In this document: in pieces, positions 1 through 9,488 of the stretch
Layout: every line of letters begins with the position of its first letter
Numbering within the stretch: the first letter of the stretch is position 1
Assembly: GCA_963838925.1 (NCBI GenBank)
Contig: CAWISW010000002.1
Location: 192,001-256,000, forward strand
Length of the DNA: 64,000 nt
Reading direction: 5' to 3'
Source: an uncultured Nitrososphaerota archaeon
Lineage (GTDB): Archaea > Thermoproteota > Nitrososphaeria > Nitrososphaerales > Gagatemarchaeaceae
Program-made: the position numbers and the translations under genes
The notes under the pieces: generated by a model
What the model saw: the letters and a program-made list of their open reading frames with translations, nothing else
Database searches by the model: none
Told to the model about the DNA's origin: nothing

Positions 1-427
1 AGATGTGCTTGCTCTTCCCGTCGACCGAGGTCGTGATCTTTACCGGCTTGTTAGTCGTAATCTGGCCGTAGAGGACGGCCATCGTCCCTCCCATCCCGAA
101 CATCCCCCTCGACTGGCGGAGCACGTACTTGGACCCGTAGAAGACCTTCCCGAACGCCCTCGGGACGTGGTGCGGGTCGACGCCTGGGCCGTTATCCGCG
201 ACCGTGACCCGATACGCTCGGGGTTCCGAGGTCTCGCCCCCGTGGCCGTCTGCAACTATCCTGACGTAGACGTCGGGGAGCATCCCCGCCAGCTCGCAAG
301 CGTCGAGCGAGTTCTCGACTAGCTCCCTGACCGCCATGTAAAGCGCCCTTGCCGGGTTGGTGAAGCCGGCCAGGTCTCGGTTACGGTAGAAAAATTCTGA
401 TGGACTGATCTCTGAGAAGGTCACCAT
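1..427 (-). CDS. top6B: DNA topoisomerase VI subunit B (5' part; runs off the window edge)
   Basis: Not in the ORF track. Manual reverse translation from ATG at 427 gives MVTFSEISPSEFFYRNRDLAGFTNPARALYMAVRELVENSLDACE, the Top6B N-terminus with the GHKL ExxxN motif. Confidence 0.93.
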   Translation of the reverse strand, partial: MVTFSEISPSEFFYRNRDLAGFTNPARALYMAVRELVENSLDACELAGMLPDVYVRIVADGHGGETSEPRAYRVTVADNGPGVDPHHVPRAFGKVFYGSKYVLRQSRGMFGMGGTMAVLYGQITTNKPVKITTSVDGKSKHI

Positions 428-677
428 ATCTATCGTTCACCTCCGGCCATTTCCGTCGTATTCAGCAAAACTGTGGCTAGTGTTACCCGGTGAGGTATAA
501 ACCCGCGCCCCACCTCGCTGAAACTATTTCTGAACAATAGCTGCCCCGACACTCTCGCTCGGCGTGGGGGTTGGCCATGACGGATTAATAACCAATCGCC
601 CCATTTATCGCCGTTTTGCCCTCGGTTCACCGCTCCCCCGCGCTCTTTTGGCGGAATGGAGCCGTTTGTGGCGGATT

Positions 678-1250
678 TCAGCTTCGAATCTCTGGGGACT
701 GGTCTTCCCAGAGAAGTATGCGCTCCATCTTTCTCTTCGTCCTTTCGCGCTGCAGCATGTTGTAGACAGACTTGTGCTGGCTGCCGGCCGCGAGCTTCTC
801 GATGGCGTCTTTGGCCAGCCTCAGGTCTGCTGGTTCACCGATGATGGCCACGGTCTTGCCGTAGACCGAGACGTGGCACTTTGTCAGCTCCTCGATTACC
901 CGCCTGGACTTGCCACTCAGGCCGATTATCCTGCCCTTGATTCTCTCAAGGTTGTTCTCGCTCTTCCCAGCGTAGTCCCTGAGGTCTATGATATCGAGCC
1001 CGACATCGGGGTCGAGCAGCCTGAGCGCTCGCGGTGGGGAGAACCCCCTCGCGATGGCCTCGACGACGTTCGCCGCCTTGAACGGGTCAGCCTCCACCGC
1101 GTTGGACCTTATCGTGACCTCGCCGCTCTGGCCGTCCACCAAGAGCGTGACCGCGCAGGCTTCCTCGACGCGCGCCTTCGTCTCCCCCTTCTTTCCGATG
1201 AGGACCCCGACCCGGTCGAGCGGAATGCGAAGTAGTCTCTCGAAACTCAA
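678..1250 (-). CDS. KH-domain pre-rRNA processing protein (Pno1/Dim2 family)
   Basis: Two KH GxxG motifs (IGKKG, IIGLSGK) and AIARGFSP; adjacent to RIO1 as is typical in archaea. Confidence 0.9.
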   Translation of the reverse strand: MSFERLLRIPLDRVGVLIGKKGETKARVEEACAVTLLVDGQSGEVTIRSNAVEADPFKAANVVEAIARGFSPPRALRLLDPDVGLDIIDLRDYAGKSENNLERIKGRIIGLSGKSRRVIEELTKCHVSVYGKTVAIIGEPADLRLAKDAIEKLAAGSQHKSVYNMLQRERTKRKMERILLWEDQSPEIRS

Positions 1251-2032
1251 GCTAAAACAGCCTCTAGTATCTGCTCTGGAGCCTTCTCATAAACCCCTCT
1301 CTTCTTGAAGAACGCCACGATGTTGGTGATGTCCCGAAGCAGAAGCTCCTTCGACTCGGGGTGTGACGAGAGCACGGCGGAGCCCATGTCGAAGAGCACC
1401 CTCTCCTTGGGGGCGGGCTTGAAGATGTTGTACTCCGAGAGGTCCGCGTGGACAAGGTCTGCCTTCTTGTACAGCTGGCGGATCATCTTCAAGGTCCACT
1501 TGTAGTCCGAAGCGTCCACCTCGGCCTCGGCGAAGATTGGCGCTGGAGCCGGTGGCTTGCCGATGAACTCCATCACGATTATGTTCTCGTTGAAGGCGAA
1601 AGCCTCTGGGACGCGCACTCCGGCCTCGGCGGCGAGCCTCAGGTTCTTGTACTCCTTCTGGACCCAGAGCCTGATCAGCTGCCTTATCGAGCCCACAGGC
1701 AGCTGTTGGAACCTCTTGTCCCCGGCGACGTATCTCATCCTCTTCTTGAACTCGGCTGATGCGGTGAGGTAGATCTTCACGGCCCTGGGGCTTCCGTCGG
1801 CGGTCACCCCCCAATACACTCGGGCCTCCTTCCCCGCCCTGACAACGCCGTTGAGGTAGGCGAGCTCTCCCCTCGCCATGAGCTCGTTGAGGGCGAAATT
1901 GGTCGCCTTGTCGAAGACCTCCTCCACGGTCTTCCTCTCATTGGAGTCGTGCCTCAGGCGCCTGTTCTGCTTCTCGCTCCTCCGGATGCGCTCCCTTAGC
2001 CCAGAGCCCTGCTCTATGTCACCCTCGGTCAT
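1247..2032 (-). CDS. rio1: RIO1 family serine/threonine kinase
   Basis: GKEARVY, AVKIY, KEYKNL, LVHADLSEYN, FDMGSAV. Start trimmed to ATG 2032 (MTEGDIE). Confidence 0.92.
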   Translation of the reverse strand: MTEGDIEQGSGLRERIRRSEKQNRRLRHDSNERKTVEEVFDKATNFALNELMARGELAYLNGVVRAGKEARVYWGVTADGSPRAVKIYLTASAEFKKRMRYVAGDKRFQQLPVGSIRQLIRLWVQKEYKNLRLAAEAGVRVPEAFAFNENIIVMEFIGKPPAPAPIFAEAEVDASDYKWTLKMIRQLYKKADLVHADLSEYNIFKPAPKERVLFDMGSAVLSSHPESKELLLRDITNIVAFFKKRGVYEKAPEQILEAVLA

Positions 2033-2194
2033 CGACCCGCGCTCGGCCTCGAGGCTGTCTTCTCTCGCCTCATCGCCTGCCTCCTCCTCGGGTCCTTCCA
2101 CACCTAGCCGACTTGGCACGAGCCCTTTAGGCTTGTGATGCAGCCCTTTGGCGAGGCGCAGAACTGGGTCTGGGCGAGGCAAGCTTTATTTAGG

Positions 2195-2215
2195 TATACA
2201 ACATTAAGTTGTATA
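2195..2215. promoter_or_regulatory. Inverted repeat TATACAAC-N5-GTTGTATA in the rio1/grpE divergent intergenic region
   Basis: Perfect 8-bp arms in an AT-rich patch next to a TTTATTTA TATA-like box. Confidence 0.55.
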
Positions 2216-2313
2216 GCGTCGGCCTCATGACAACGTCGAATCTGAATGGCATTTTCTCAAAGGGTTTTAGTAAAACGCCCCGCGCCGGCTCACCCGGGTT
2301 ATCGGTGACCTAG

Positions 2314-2910
2314 ATGGCGCTCGGTGAAGAAAACGAAGGGCAGGATGATGATAACGATTTGAAAACAGCGAACATGGTGAAGGAACAAGAGAGGAAGGCC
2401 ATCAAGGACGACCTTGCGAAGCTCGAACAGACGCTCGAAGAAGAGAGGAAGCGCAACGAGGAGTACCTCACGAGCCTCCGCTATCTCCAGGCGGACTTTG
2501 AGAACTACAGGAAGAGGGTCGACAGGGAGATCCGCGAACTCGAGGAGTTCTCCACGCTTGGGCTCGTCCGGAAGCTCATCCCGGTGCTCGACGACCTCGA
2601 CCTTGCGGTCGCCTCCGCCACCAAGGCAGAGGACAAGGGCCTGTTGGAAGGGGTCAAGATGGTCCAGAAGAACCTGAGCTCCGCGCTCGAGAACGAGGGG
2701 CTCCAGAGGATAGTGGCCGTGGGGGCGCCCTTCGACCCGTCGGCGCACGAGGCGGTGGACAAGGTACAGGGGAAGGACAACTCCGAGGACATGGTGGTGG
2801 AGGAGATGAGGAAGGGCTACACGTTCAAGGGGAAGGTGCTGAGGCCGAGCGCGGTGAAGGTCGCGCTGGCCGCGAGGCAGGCGCAGGCAAAGGGAGAGGG
2901 ACAAGCATGA
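2314..2910 (+). CDS. grpE: Nucleotide exchange factor GrpE
   Basis: [37 protein letters not shown]. Confidence 0.97.
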   Translation: MALGEENEGQDDDNDLKTANMVKEQERKAIKDDLAKLEQTLEEERKRNEEYLTSLRYLQADFENYRKRVDREIRELEEFSTLGLVRKLIPVLDDLDLAVASATKAEDKGLLEGVKMVQKNLSSALENEGLQRIVAVGAPFDPSAHEAVDKVQGKDNSEDMVVEEMRKGYTFKGKVLRPSAVKVALAARQAQAKGEGQA

Positions 2911-4838
2911 GCGCCTCCACAGCAGCCAAGGGGGCCGCGACGAGCTCGGCTAGAGAGAAGATAATCGGAATCGACCTCGGCACGACCAACTCCGCGGCGG
3001 CGGTCATGGAGGCCGGGCGTCCAGTCGTCGTCCCCAGCGCGGAGGGGCAGACGGTCGCGGGGAAGATGTTCCCGTCGGTCGTCGCGTTCACCCAGGACGG
3101 GCAGCTGCTCGTCGGCGAGCCGGCGAAGAGGCAGGTCGTGACCAACCCTGACGGCACGATATTCGAGATAAAGCGGAAGATGGGCACAGACTACAAGGTC
3201 CGCATCGCCGGAAAGGAGTTCACGCCTCAGCAGATCAGCGCGTTCGTCCTCCAGAAGATCAAGAAGGACACCGAGACGTTCCTCGGCTACCCGGTCAAGA
3301 AGGCGGTCATCACCGTGCCAGCCCACTTCAACGACAACCAGAGGCAGGCGACCAAGGACGCGGGAGAGATCTCGGGTCTCGAGGTAGTGAGGATAATCAA
3401 CGAGCCCACAGCTGCGTGCCTGGCCTACGGGCTGGACAAGGCCGACAAGGAGATGAAGGTCCTCGTCTTCAGCTTCGGTGGCGGCACGCACGACGTCACT
3501 GTCATGGAGTTCGGTGGCGGCGTCTTCCAGGTGCTCGCGACCAGCGGAGACACGCAGACCGGCGGCGCCGACGTCGACTACGCCATCGTCAACCTGATCG
3601 CAAGCGACTTTAAGTCCAAGACCGGCATCGACCTCAAGAACGACAAGACCGCCACGGTGCGCCTCAAGGAGGCCGCCGAGAGGGCCAAGATTGAGCTCTC
3701 CAACATCATCTCCACAGACATCGACCTCCCTTTCATCGCTAGCGACTCTGCCGGGACGAAGAACCTCCACTTCACCCTGACCCGGGCGAAGCTCGAGGAG
3801 CTTGCCGGCCCCATAGTGGGGAAGGTCGAGGAGCCGATAATGCGGGTGATCAGCGACGCCAAGCTCACGCCCAAGGACATCGACAAGGTCATCCTCATCG
3901 GGGGGATGACCAGGATGCCCCTCGTGAGGCAGAAGGTCGAGCAAGTGATGGGCAAGCCGGCCGAGAGAGGGGTCGACCCGATGGAGGCCGTGGCCATAGG
4001 GGCAGCCATCCAAGGCGCCGTCCTGGCCGGCGAGGTAAAGGACATCCTCCTGCTGGACGTCACGCCGCTCTCCTTGGGCGTCGAGACCCTCGGCAACATC
4101 ACCGCGAAGGTGATCGAGAGGAACACCACCATACCCGTCAAGAAGAGCCAGACGTTCACCACGGCGGCCGACATGCAGACGGCGGTTACCATCCACGTAG
4201 TCCAGGGAGAGAGGGCCATGGCCCCCGACAACATCTCGCTGGGCATGTTCAACCTCGAGGGCATCCCGCCGTCGCCCAGAGGCGTGCCTCAGATCGAGGT
4301 CACCTTCGACATCGACGCCAACGGGATACTCAACGTCACCGCCCACGACAAGGGCACGGGAAAGGAGGCGAGGATAACGATCTCAGCCTCGACCAAGCTC
4401 TCCAAGGACGAGAAGGAGAAGATGGTCAAGCAGGCCGACGAGTACGCGGAGCAGGACAAGAAGAAGATGGAGGAGGCGCAGCTGATGAACGACGCCGACT
4501 CGCTCCTCTACACATCCGAGAAGACGAAGAACGACCTCGCGGGCAAGATCAGCAAGGAGTCCGAGAGCAAGATCACCGCCGCAGCGTCAGAGCTGAGGAA
4601 GGCGATGGATGCGAAGGACCCTTCCGAAGTGAAGGCCAAGATGGACGCGCTCAGGAAGGTGCTTCAGGAGGTGGGCACAGCCGTCTACCAGCAGGCTCAG
4701 ACGGCCCAAGCGGCAGAAGGCGGAGGAAACGCCGGGCCGACGCCTGGAGGACAGGGGCCGACGATGGGTGGCGGTGAGGCGGGCGAAGGACCCGTGACCG
4801 ACGCCGATTACAAGGTCGTCGATGAGGATAAAAAGTAA
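2907..4838 (+). CDS. dnaK: Chaperone DnaK (Hsp70)
   Basis: [45 protein letters not shown]. Confidence 0.98.
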   Translation: MSASTAAKGAATSSAREKIIGIDLGTTNSAAAVMEAGRPVVVPSAEGQTVAGKMFPSVVAFTQDGQLLVGEPAKRQVVTNPDGTIFEIKRKMGTDYKVRIAGKEFTPQQISAFVLQKIKKDTETFLGYPVKKAVITVPAHFNDNQRQATKDAGEISGLEVVRIINEPTAACLAYGLDKADKEMKVLVFSFGGGTHDVTVMEFGGGVFQVLATSGDTQTGGADVDYAIVNLIASDFKSKTGIDLKNDKTATVRLKEAAERAKIELSNIISTDIDLPFIASDSAGTKNLHFTLTRAKLEELAGPIVGKVEEPIMRVISDAKLTPKDIDKVILIGGMTRMPLVRQKVEQVMGKPAERGVDPMEAVAIGAAIQGAVLAGEVKDILLLDVTPLSLGVETLGNITAKVIERNTTIPVKKSQTFTTAADMQTAVTIHVVQGERAMAPDNISLGMFNLEGIPPSPRGVPQIEVTFDIDANGILNVTAHDKGTGKEARITISASTKLSKDEKEKMVKQADEYAEQDKKKMEEAQLMNDADSLLYTSEKTKNDLAGKISKESESKITAAASELRKAMDAKDPSEVKAKMDALRKVLQEVGTAVYQQAQTAQAAEGGGNAGPTPGGQGPTMGGGEAGEGPVTDADYKVVDEDKK

Positions 4839-4859
4839 CCCCGGAAGCGAAGCTGCACA

Positions 4860-5969
4860 GTGAGCAGCACTTCCACTCGTGACTTCTACGACGTCCTAGG
4901 AGTCAAGAAGGATGCCAGCAAGGACGACATCAAGGCCGCCTACCGCAGGATGGCCCTCCAGTTCCACCCTGACAGGAACAAGTCGCCCGAGGCAGAGGAG
5001 AAGTTCAAGGAGATCTCGGAGGCGTACGCGGTACTCTCCGACGACGACAAGCGCAAGCAGTACGATGCCTACGGCAGAGAGGGGGTGTACCAGAAGTACG
5101 GCGAGGAGAACATCTACCAGGGAGCCGACTTCCAGGACGTCTTCAGGGACATGGGATTCGGCTACGGAGGTGGCTTCGAGGACATACTGGGCGCCTTCTT
5201 CGGCACTGCGGGTGGGAGAGGCGGGGGGAGGCCGAGGCGCGGCGGCGACCTGACCCTGCACCTTCAGCTCGGCCTGGAGGAGGTCGTCAACGACATCACG
5301 AAGGAGATAGAGATACCAAGGACGGAGCTCTGCAACATCTGCAGAGGGAGCGGGGCATCCCCCGGGACGACGCCCAGGCGTTGCGCGCAGTGCGGGGGGA
5401 CGGGCCAGCTCCAGCGGGTGCAGCAGACGGGCCCTCTCAGGTTCATCCGCGTCGAGGATTGCGGCAAGTGCCGAGGGACGGGCAGCATCATCGACTCGCC
5501 CTGCAAAGAGTGCAAGGGGAGCGGACACGTGAGGAGGCAGCGCAAGATCCGGATACAGATCCCAGCGGGCGTCGACGACGGGCACACCCTCCGGCTTAGG
5601 GGCGAGGGAGAGGCCGGGGTGGCAGGCACTCCGCCCGGAGACCTCTACGTCGTCGTGAACATCCCGGAGCACCCCGTCTTCAAGAGGCGAGACAGCGACG
5701 TGTACGTCGAGGCTCGCGTGAACGCCGTCGATGCGATGCTGGGCACGGACCTCAGGGTCCCGACGCTCTACGGGGACACGATGCTCGACATCCCCTCCGG
5801 AACGCAGCCGGGGACGCAGTTCAAGATCAAGGGCAAGGGGCTCCCCAGGCTGAACTCCTACGGGAAGGGCGACGAGTACGCGGTGGTGAGGGTGGACATC
5901 CCGAAGAACCTCAGCGGGAAGCAAAAGGACCTCCTGAAGCTACTCCAGCGTGAAGGCAAAGTCCAGTAG
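4860..5969 (+). CDS. dnaJ: Chaperone DnaJ
   Basis: J-domain HPD, G/F region and four CxxCxGxG repeats. Confidence 0.97.
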   Translation: MSSTSTRDFYDVLGVKKDASKDDIKAAYRRMALQFHPDRNKSPEAEEKFKEISEAYAVLSDDDKRKQYDAYGREGVYQKYGEENIYQGADFQDVFRDMGFGYGGGFEDILGAFFGTAGGRGGGRPRRGGDLTLHLQLGLEEVVNDITKEIEIPRTELCNICRGSGASPGTTPRRCAQCGGTGQLQRVQQTGPLRFIRVEDCGKCRGTGSIIDSPCKECKGSGHVRRQRKIRIQIPAGVDDGHTLRLRGEGEAGVAGTPPGDLYVVVNIPEHPVFKRRDSDVYVEARVNAVDAMLGTDLRVPTLYGDTMLDIPSGTQPGTQFKIKGKGLPRLNSYGKGDEYAVVRVDIPKNLSGKQKDLLKLLQREGKVQ

Positions 5970-5997
5970 ACGGGGCGGGAGCCTTAACCTCGCTAGC

Positions 5998-6300
5998 TCA
6001 GAACTTGTAGATCATCAGGAACGGCACGCCCTCGATCTCCCTCACGGCGTGAGGCGAGCCCAGCCTGTTGGAGAGCGCGATGTTTACCGCCCTCTCCCCA
6101 GCCAAGCTGACCATCGCAGACTCCTTGATGAGCTTGAGCGCCTCATCCTCCTCTACCAGCTCTCCTGCGAAGAAGTCCTTCGAGATGTGCATCTTGAGCT
6201 TCCCCTCCACCAGAGTCCGGCCGATCAGCTCGGCGTCGCAGACGTTCACTAGGCTCGAGTTCTTCCAGGCGATGCTACGCAGCGAGAGGGTAGCCACCAA
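5998..6300 (-). CDS. DUF424 family protein
   Basis: VNVCDAELIG...FF.GE...LAGERAV pattern; next to aIF2beta. Start trimmed to TTG 6300. Confidence 0.8.
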   Translation of the reverse strand: MVATLSLRSIAWKNSSLVNVCDAELIGRTLVEGKLKMHISKDFFAGELVEEDEALKLIKESAMVSLAGERAVNIALSNRLGSPHAVREIEGVPFLMIYKF

Positions 6301-6305
6301 CCGAG

Positions 6306-6722
6306 TCAGTTCACCCTGGCGCTGGAGCGCGCACCGCACGCCTCGCAGACCCTGAAGTGCAGCCTGCTCTCCGTTACAATGTGGGTGTCGGGGCTCCCGC
6401 AGACCGGGCAGGTGACGTTGTCCTGCATGTACCGCTGGAAGAGCTGCACGAAGGACTGCTTGTCCTTCCTGCCGATGAATATCGCCCTATCGGCATCAAG
6501 AGACGCGGCGGTCGCGAGCTCCTTCGCCAGATACATGAGGAGCCTGTCGGGGTCCCTCCTCATCAGCTTAGGGTACTCGGCGTAGTTGCGGAGGATCGTC
6601 TTGTTCCCGACCCAGATGACCTGTGGCTCCGGGATCTCAAGCCTGTTCTGTGTGGACTTGTGGGCGGTCTTCTCGAGCGTTGACTGGGCCCTCGCGAGAA
6701 GGTCGTCGTATTGCCTGGTCAT
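6306..6722 (-). CDS. eif2b: Translation initiation factor aIF-2 subunit beta
   Basis: YDDLLARA, GNKTI, C-terminal CPVCGSPDT...CEACGA zinc ribbon. Confidence 0.93.
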   Translation of the reverse strand: MTRQYDDLLARAQSTLEKTAHKSTQNRLEIPEPQVIWVGNKTILRNYAEYPKLMRRDPDRLLMYLAKELATAASLDADRAIFIGRKDKQSFVQLFQRYMQDNVTCPVCGSPDTHIVTESRLHFRVCEACGARSSARVN

Positions 6723-6821
6723 GTCGCCTGCCTGAGCGATTTCGACCCGCCGAGGTATTTCAACTCTCCTCTTCGATTCCTCGCTTCAAAGATTTTAAGC
6801 CAAACCGCGGGCGGGTCTAAC

Positions 6822-7631
6822 GTGAGTACAAAGTCCTCGAGCATCGGCGTCATAGGCGGCTCCGGATTCTACAAGTTCCTCCAGACGAAGGAGGCGTCCA
6901 AGCTGGACACCCCTTACGGGAGCCCCAGCGCGAGCGTCAAGATCTCGGACGTGAAGGGTAAGCGCGTGTCCTTCATCCCCAGGCACGGAGAGCGCCACGA
7001 GTTCCCTCCTCACGTCGTCCCCTACAGGGCGAACATCTACGCGCTGAAGCAGCTCGGCGCCCAGAGGGTGTTCGGGCCGACCGCCGTCGGAAGCCTGAAG
7101 GCGAACATCAGGCCCGGCGATTTCGTGATATCAGACCAGTTCGTGAACTTCACGAACGGTCGCAAGGACACCTACTTCGACGGCCCAGAGACCGCCCACG
7201 TGGGCTCGGCAGACCCCTACTGCCCCGAGCTCCGCGAGGTCGTCTTGGAAGCCTCGAAGGGCATGGGGATCAGGGTGCACAAGAAAGGGACGGTGGTGGT
7301 CATCCAGGGCCCCAGGTTCTCGTCGAGGGCTGAGAGCAAGTTCTTCCGCTCCCAAGGCTGGGACATCATCAACATGACCCAGTACCCCGAGGCCATCCTG
7401 GCGCGCGAGATGGAGATGTGCTACGTGAACATCTCGCTGGTCACCGACTACGACGTGGGGCTCGAGGGCGACCCGAAGGTCAAGCCGGTAAGCAACGACG
7501 AGGTGATGCGCGTCTTCAACGAGAACCTCGGAAAGCTGAGGTCGCTGCTCCTCAAGGCCATCGAGCTCACGCCCTCCAAGCGCTCGTGCTCCTGCGGCAC
7601 CGCGATGCGCAACGCGAGGATAAGCGCTTGA
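6822..7631 (+). CDS. mtnP: S-methyl-5'-thioadenosine phosphorylase
   Basis: IGVIGGSG, TPYG.PS, RHG..H..PP, GPRFS.RAES, INMT..PE, VTDYD. Start at GTG 6822. Confidence 0.93.
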   Translation: MSTKSSSIGVIGGSGFYKFLQTKEASKLDTPYGSPSASVKISDVKGKRVSFIPRHGERHEFPPHVVPYRANIYALKQLGAQRVFGPTAVGSLKANIRPGDFVISDQFVNFTNGRKDTYFDGPETAHVGSADPYCPELREVVLEASKGMGIRVHKKGTVVVIQGPRFSSRAESKFFRSQGWDIINMTQYPEAILAREMEMCYVNISLVTDYDVGLEGDPKVKPVSNDEVMRVFNENLGKLRSLLLKAIELTPSKRSCSCGTAMRNARISA

Positions 7632-8188
7632 CGAAGCCTGCCGGCCGCGCCAGCGCGGAGAAGGAGTTCAAGGCCGCCATCAGACGAATCCCGAACTTCC
7701 CCAAGAAGGGGATCGTCTTCAGGGACATCACGACCCTCTGGAAGGACGGACGTCTCCTGAGGAAGTGCACCGACGTGCTCTACGACCACTACAAGAGCCA
7801 GAAGATCGACGCCGTCATGGGGATAGAGGCGAGGGGGTTCGTGGTGGGGGCGCCGCTCGCAGAGCGGCTCGGAGTCGGCTTCATCCCTCTGCGGAAGCTG
7901 GGCAAGCTCCCCGGCGCGAAGATATCCGAGAGCTACGACCTCGAGTACGGGACCGCGACCTTGGAGATGCACAGCGACGCCGTCCGGAAGGGAGAGCGGA
8001 TCCTGATCGTGGACGACCTGGTAGCAACCGGGGGCACGGCGCTCGCAGCCGCGAAGCTCGTCGAGGTTGTGAGGGGTGTGGTCGTGGGCTTCGCTTTCGT
8101 TGTCGAGCTCTCGTTCCTTCCTGGCCGGGAGGCCTTGAAGGGATACGACGTCTACTCCATCGTAAAGTACTCGTCTGAAGAAGAGTGA
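7628..8188 (+). CDS. apt: Adenine phosphoribosyltransferase
   Basis: FPKKGIVFRDIT, GIEARGF, RKLGKLP, LEYG, VDDLVATGGT. Start at TTG 7628. Confidence 0.95.
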   Translation: MTKPAGRASAEKEFKAAIRRIPNFPKKGIVFRDITTLWKDGRLLRKCTDVLYDHYKSQKIDAVMGIEARGFVVGAPLAERLGVGFIPLRKLGKLPGAKISESYDLEYGTATLEMHSDAVRKGERILIVDDLVATGGTALAAAKLVEVVRGVVVGFAFVVELSFLPGREALKGYDVYSIVKYSSEEE

Positions 8189-8252
8189 GCGGGCCGCTCG
8201 ATGCGACAACACTGAATTTAATAATCCAACCCCGAACGGAGGCCCGAATCTC

Positions 8253-9488
8253 ATGGGGAAGATAGCCAATCCTGACCTCGCCAAGGAGGGCGAGAAGAAT
8301 TTTCTCTGGGCCAAGGGCCACATGACCGCGCTGTCCAGCATCGCGTCGAAGTACGCCAAGGCCAAGCCCCTCGAGGGCGTCACGGTCGGCGTGTGCCTGC
8401 ACGTGACGAAGGAGACCTCCGTCCTAGTCGACTCGCTGCTCCTCGCGGGGGCAGAGGTGAAGCTCGCGGACGCCAACCCTCTCTCCACGCAGGACGACAT
8501 CGCGGCCTACCTCGCCACCCGCGCGGAGGTGTGGGCGTGGCGAGGCCAGTCCGGGAAGGAGTACGACTGGTGCATCGACCAGGTGCTGACAAGGAAGCCC
8601 GACGTGATAATCGACGACGGCGCGGACCTCCACGTCGCAGCCAACCTGAAGCACGTGAAGTCGGTCGTGGGCGGCTGCGAGGAGACGACGACCGGAGTTG
8701 TGAGGGTGAAGGCCCTCGAGAAGGACGGGAAGCTGGGCTATCCAATAATAGCGATCAACAACGCGAAGACGAAGTTCCTCTTCGACAACCGCTTCGGCAC
8801 GGGGCAGAGCACCTTCGACGGCATACTGAGGGCGACCTCCCTGCTGATCGCCGGGAAGAAGGTCGTCGTGGTGGGCTACGGGTGGGTCGGAAAGGGCGTC
8901 GCCAAGAGGGCCAGGGGGCTCGACGCCAACGTCACGGTGGTGGAGGTAGACCCCATCAAGGCGCTCGAGGCGTACCTCGACGGGTTCCTCGTGACCAACA
9001 TCGCGGAAGCCGCCCGCTACGGAGAGATCTTCATCACCTGCACGGGGCAGAAGCACGTCATCTCGCACTCGGCGGTCAAGTCGATGAGGGACGGGGCCAT
9101 CCTCTCGAACGCCGGGCACTTCGACGTGGAGATCGACGTAAAGTCGATCATGGACGAGGCGAAGTCGGTGAAGCAGGTGCGGCCGAACACCGACGAGATA
9201 CTCCTCCCAGGCGGGAAGAGGATCTACCTCCTCGGCAAGGGCCGCATAGTGAACCTCGTAGCAGCAGAGGGCCATCCCCCCGAGGTGATGCAGATGTCCT
9301 TCGCGAACCAGTTCATGTCGGCGCTCTACGTCTACAAGAACCACGCGAAGCTGAAGAACAAGGTACTCGACGTGCCGCTCGCGATAGAGGAGGAGGTGGC
9401 CATGTCGACCCTGCACTCTCTCGGCATCACGATTGACAGGGCGACGAAGGAGCAGCTGAAGTACGCCGAGAGCTGGGCGCTTGAGTAG
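8253..9488 (+). CDS. ahcY: Adenosylhomocysteinase
   Basis: NPLSTQD, DDGADL, EETTTG, KFLFDNRFGTGQS, GYGWVGKG, GHPPEVM. Confidence 0.97.
   Translation: MGKIANPDLAKEGEKNFLWAKGHMTALSSIASKYAKAKPLEGVTVGVCLHVTKETSVLVDSLLLAGAEVKLADANPLSTQDDIAAYLATRAEVWAWRGQSGKEYDWCIDQVLTRKPDVIIDDGADLHVAANLKHVKSVVGGCEETTTGVVRVKALEKDGKLGYPIIAINNAKTKFLFDNRFGTGQSTFDGILRATSLLIAGKKVVVVGYGWVGKGVAKRARGLDANVTVVEVDPIKALEAYLDGFLVTNIAEAARYGEIFITCTGQKHVISHSAVKSMRDGAILSNAGHFDVEIDVKSIMDEAKSVKQVRPNTDEILLPGGKRIYLLGKGRIVNLVAAEGHPPEVMQMSFANQFMSALYVYKNHAKLKNKVLDVPLAIEEEVAMSTLHSLGITIDRATKEQLKYAESWALE

Noticed and set aside
5-322. Plus-strand 105-aa ORF
   Set aside because: Antisense shadow of top6B.
2817-5924. Long antisense ORFs opposite dnaK/dnaJ (and similar shadows throughout the window)
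   Set aside because: Expected artefact of high GC3 codon bias; no motifs.
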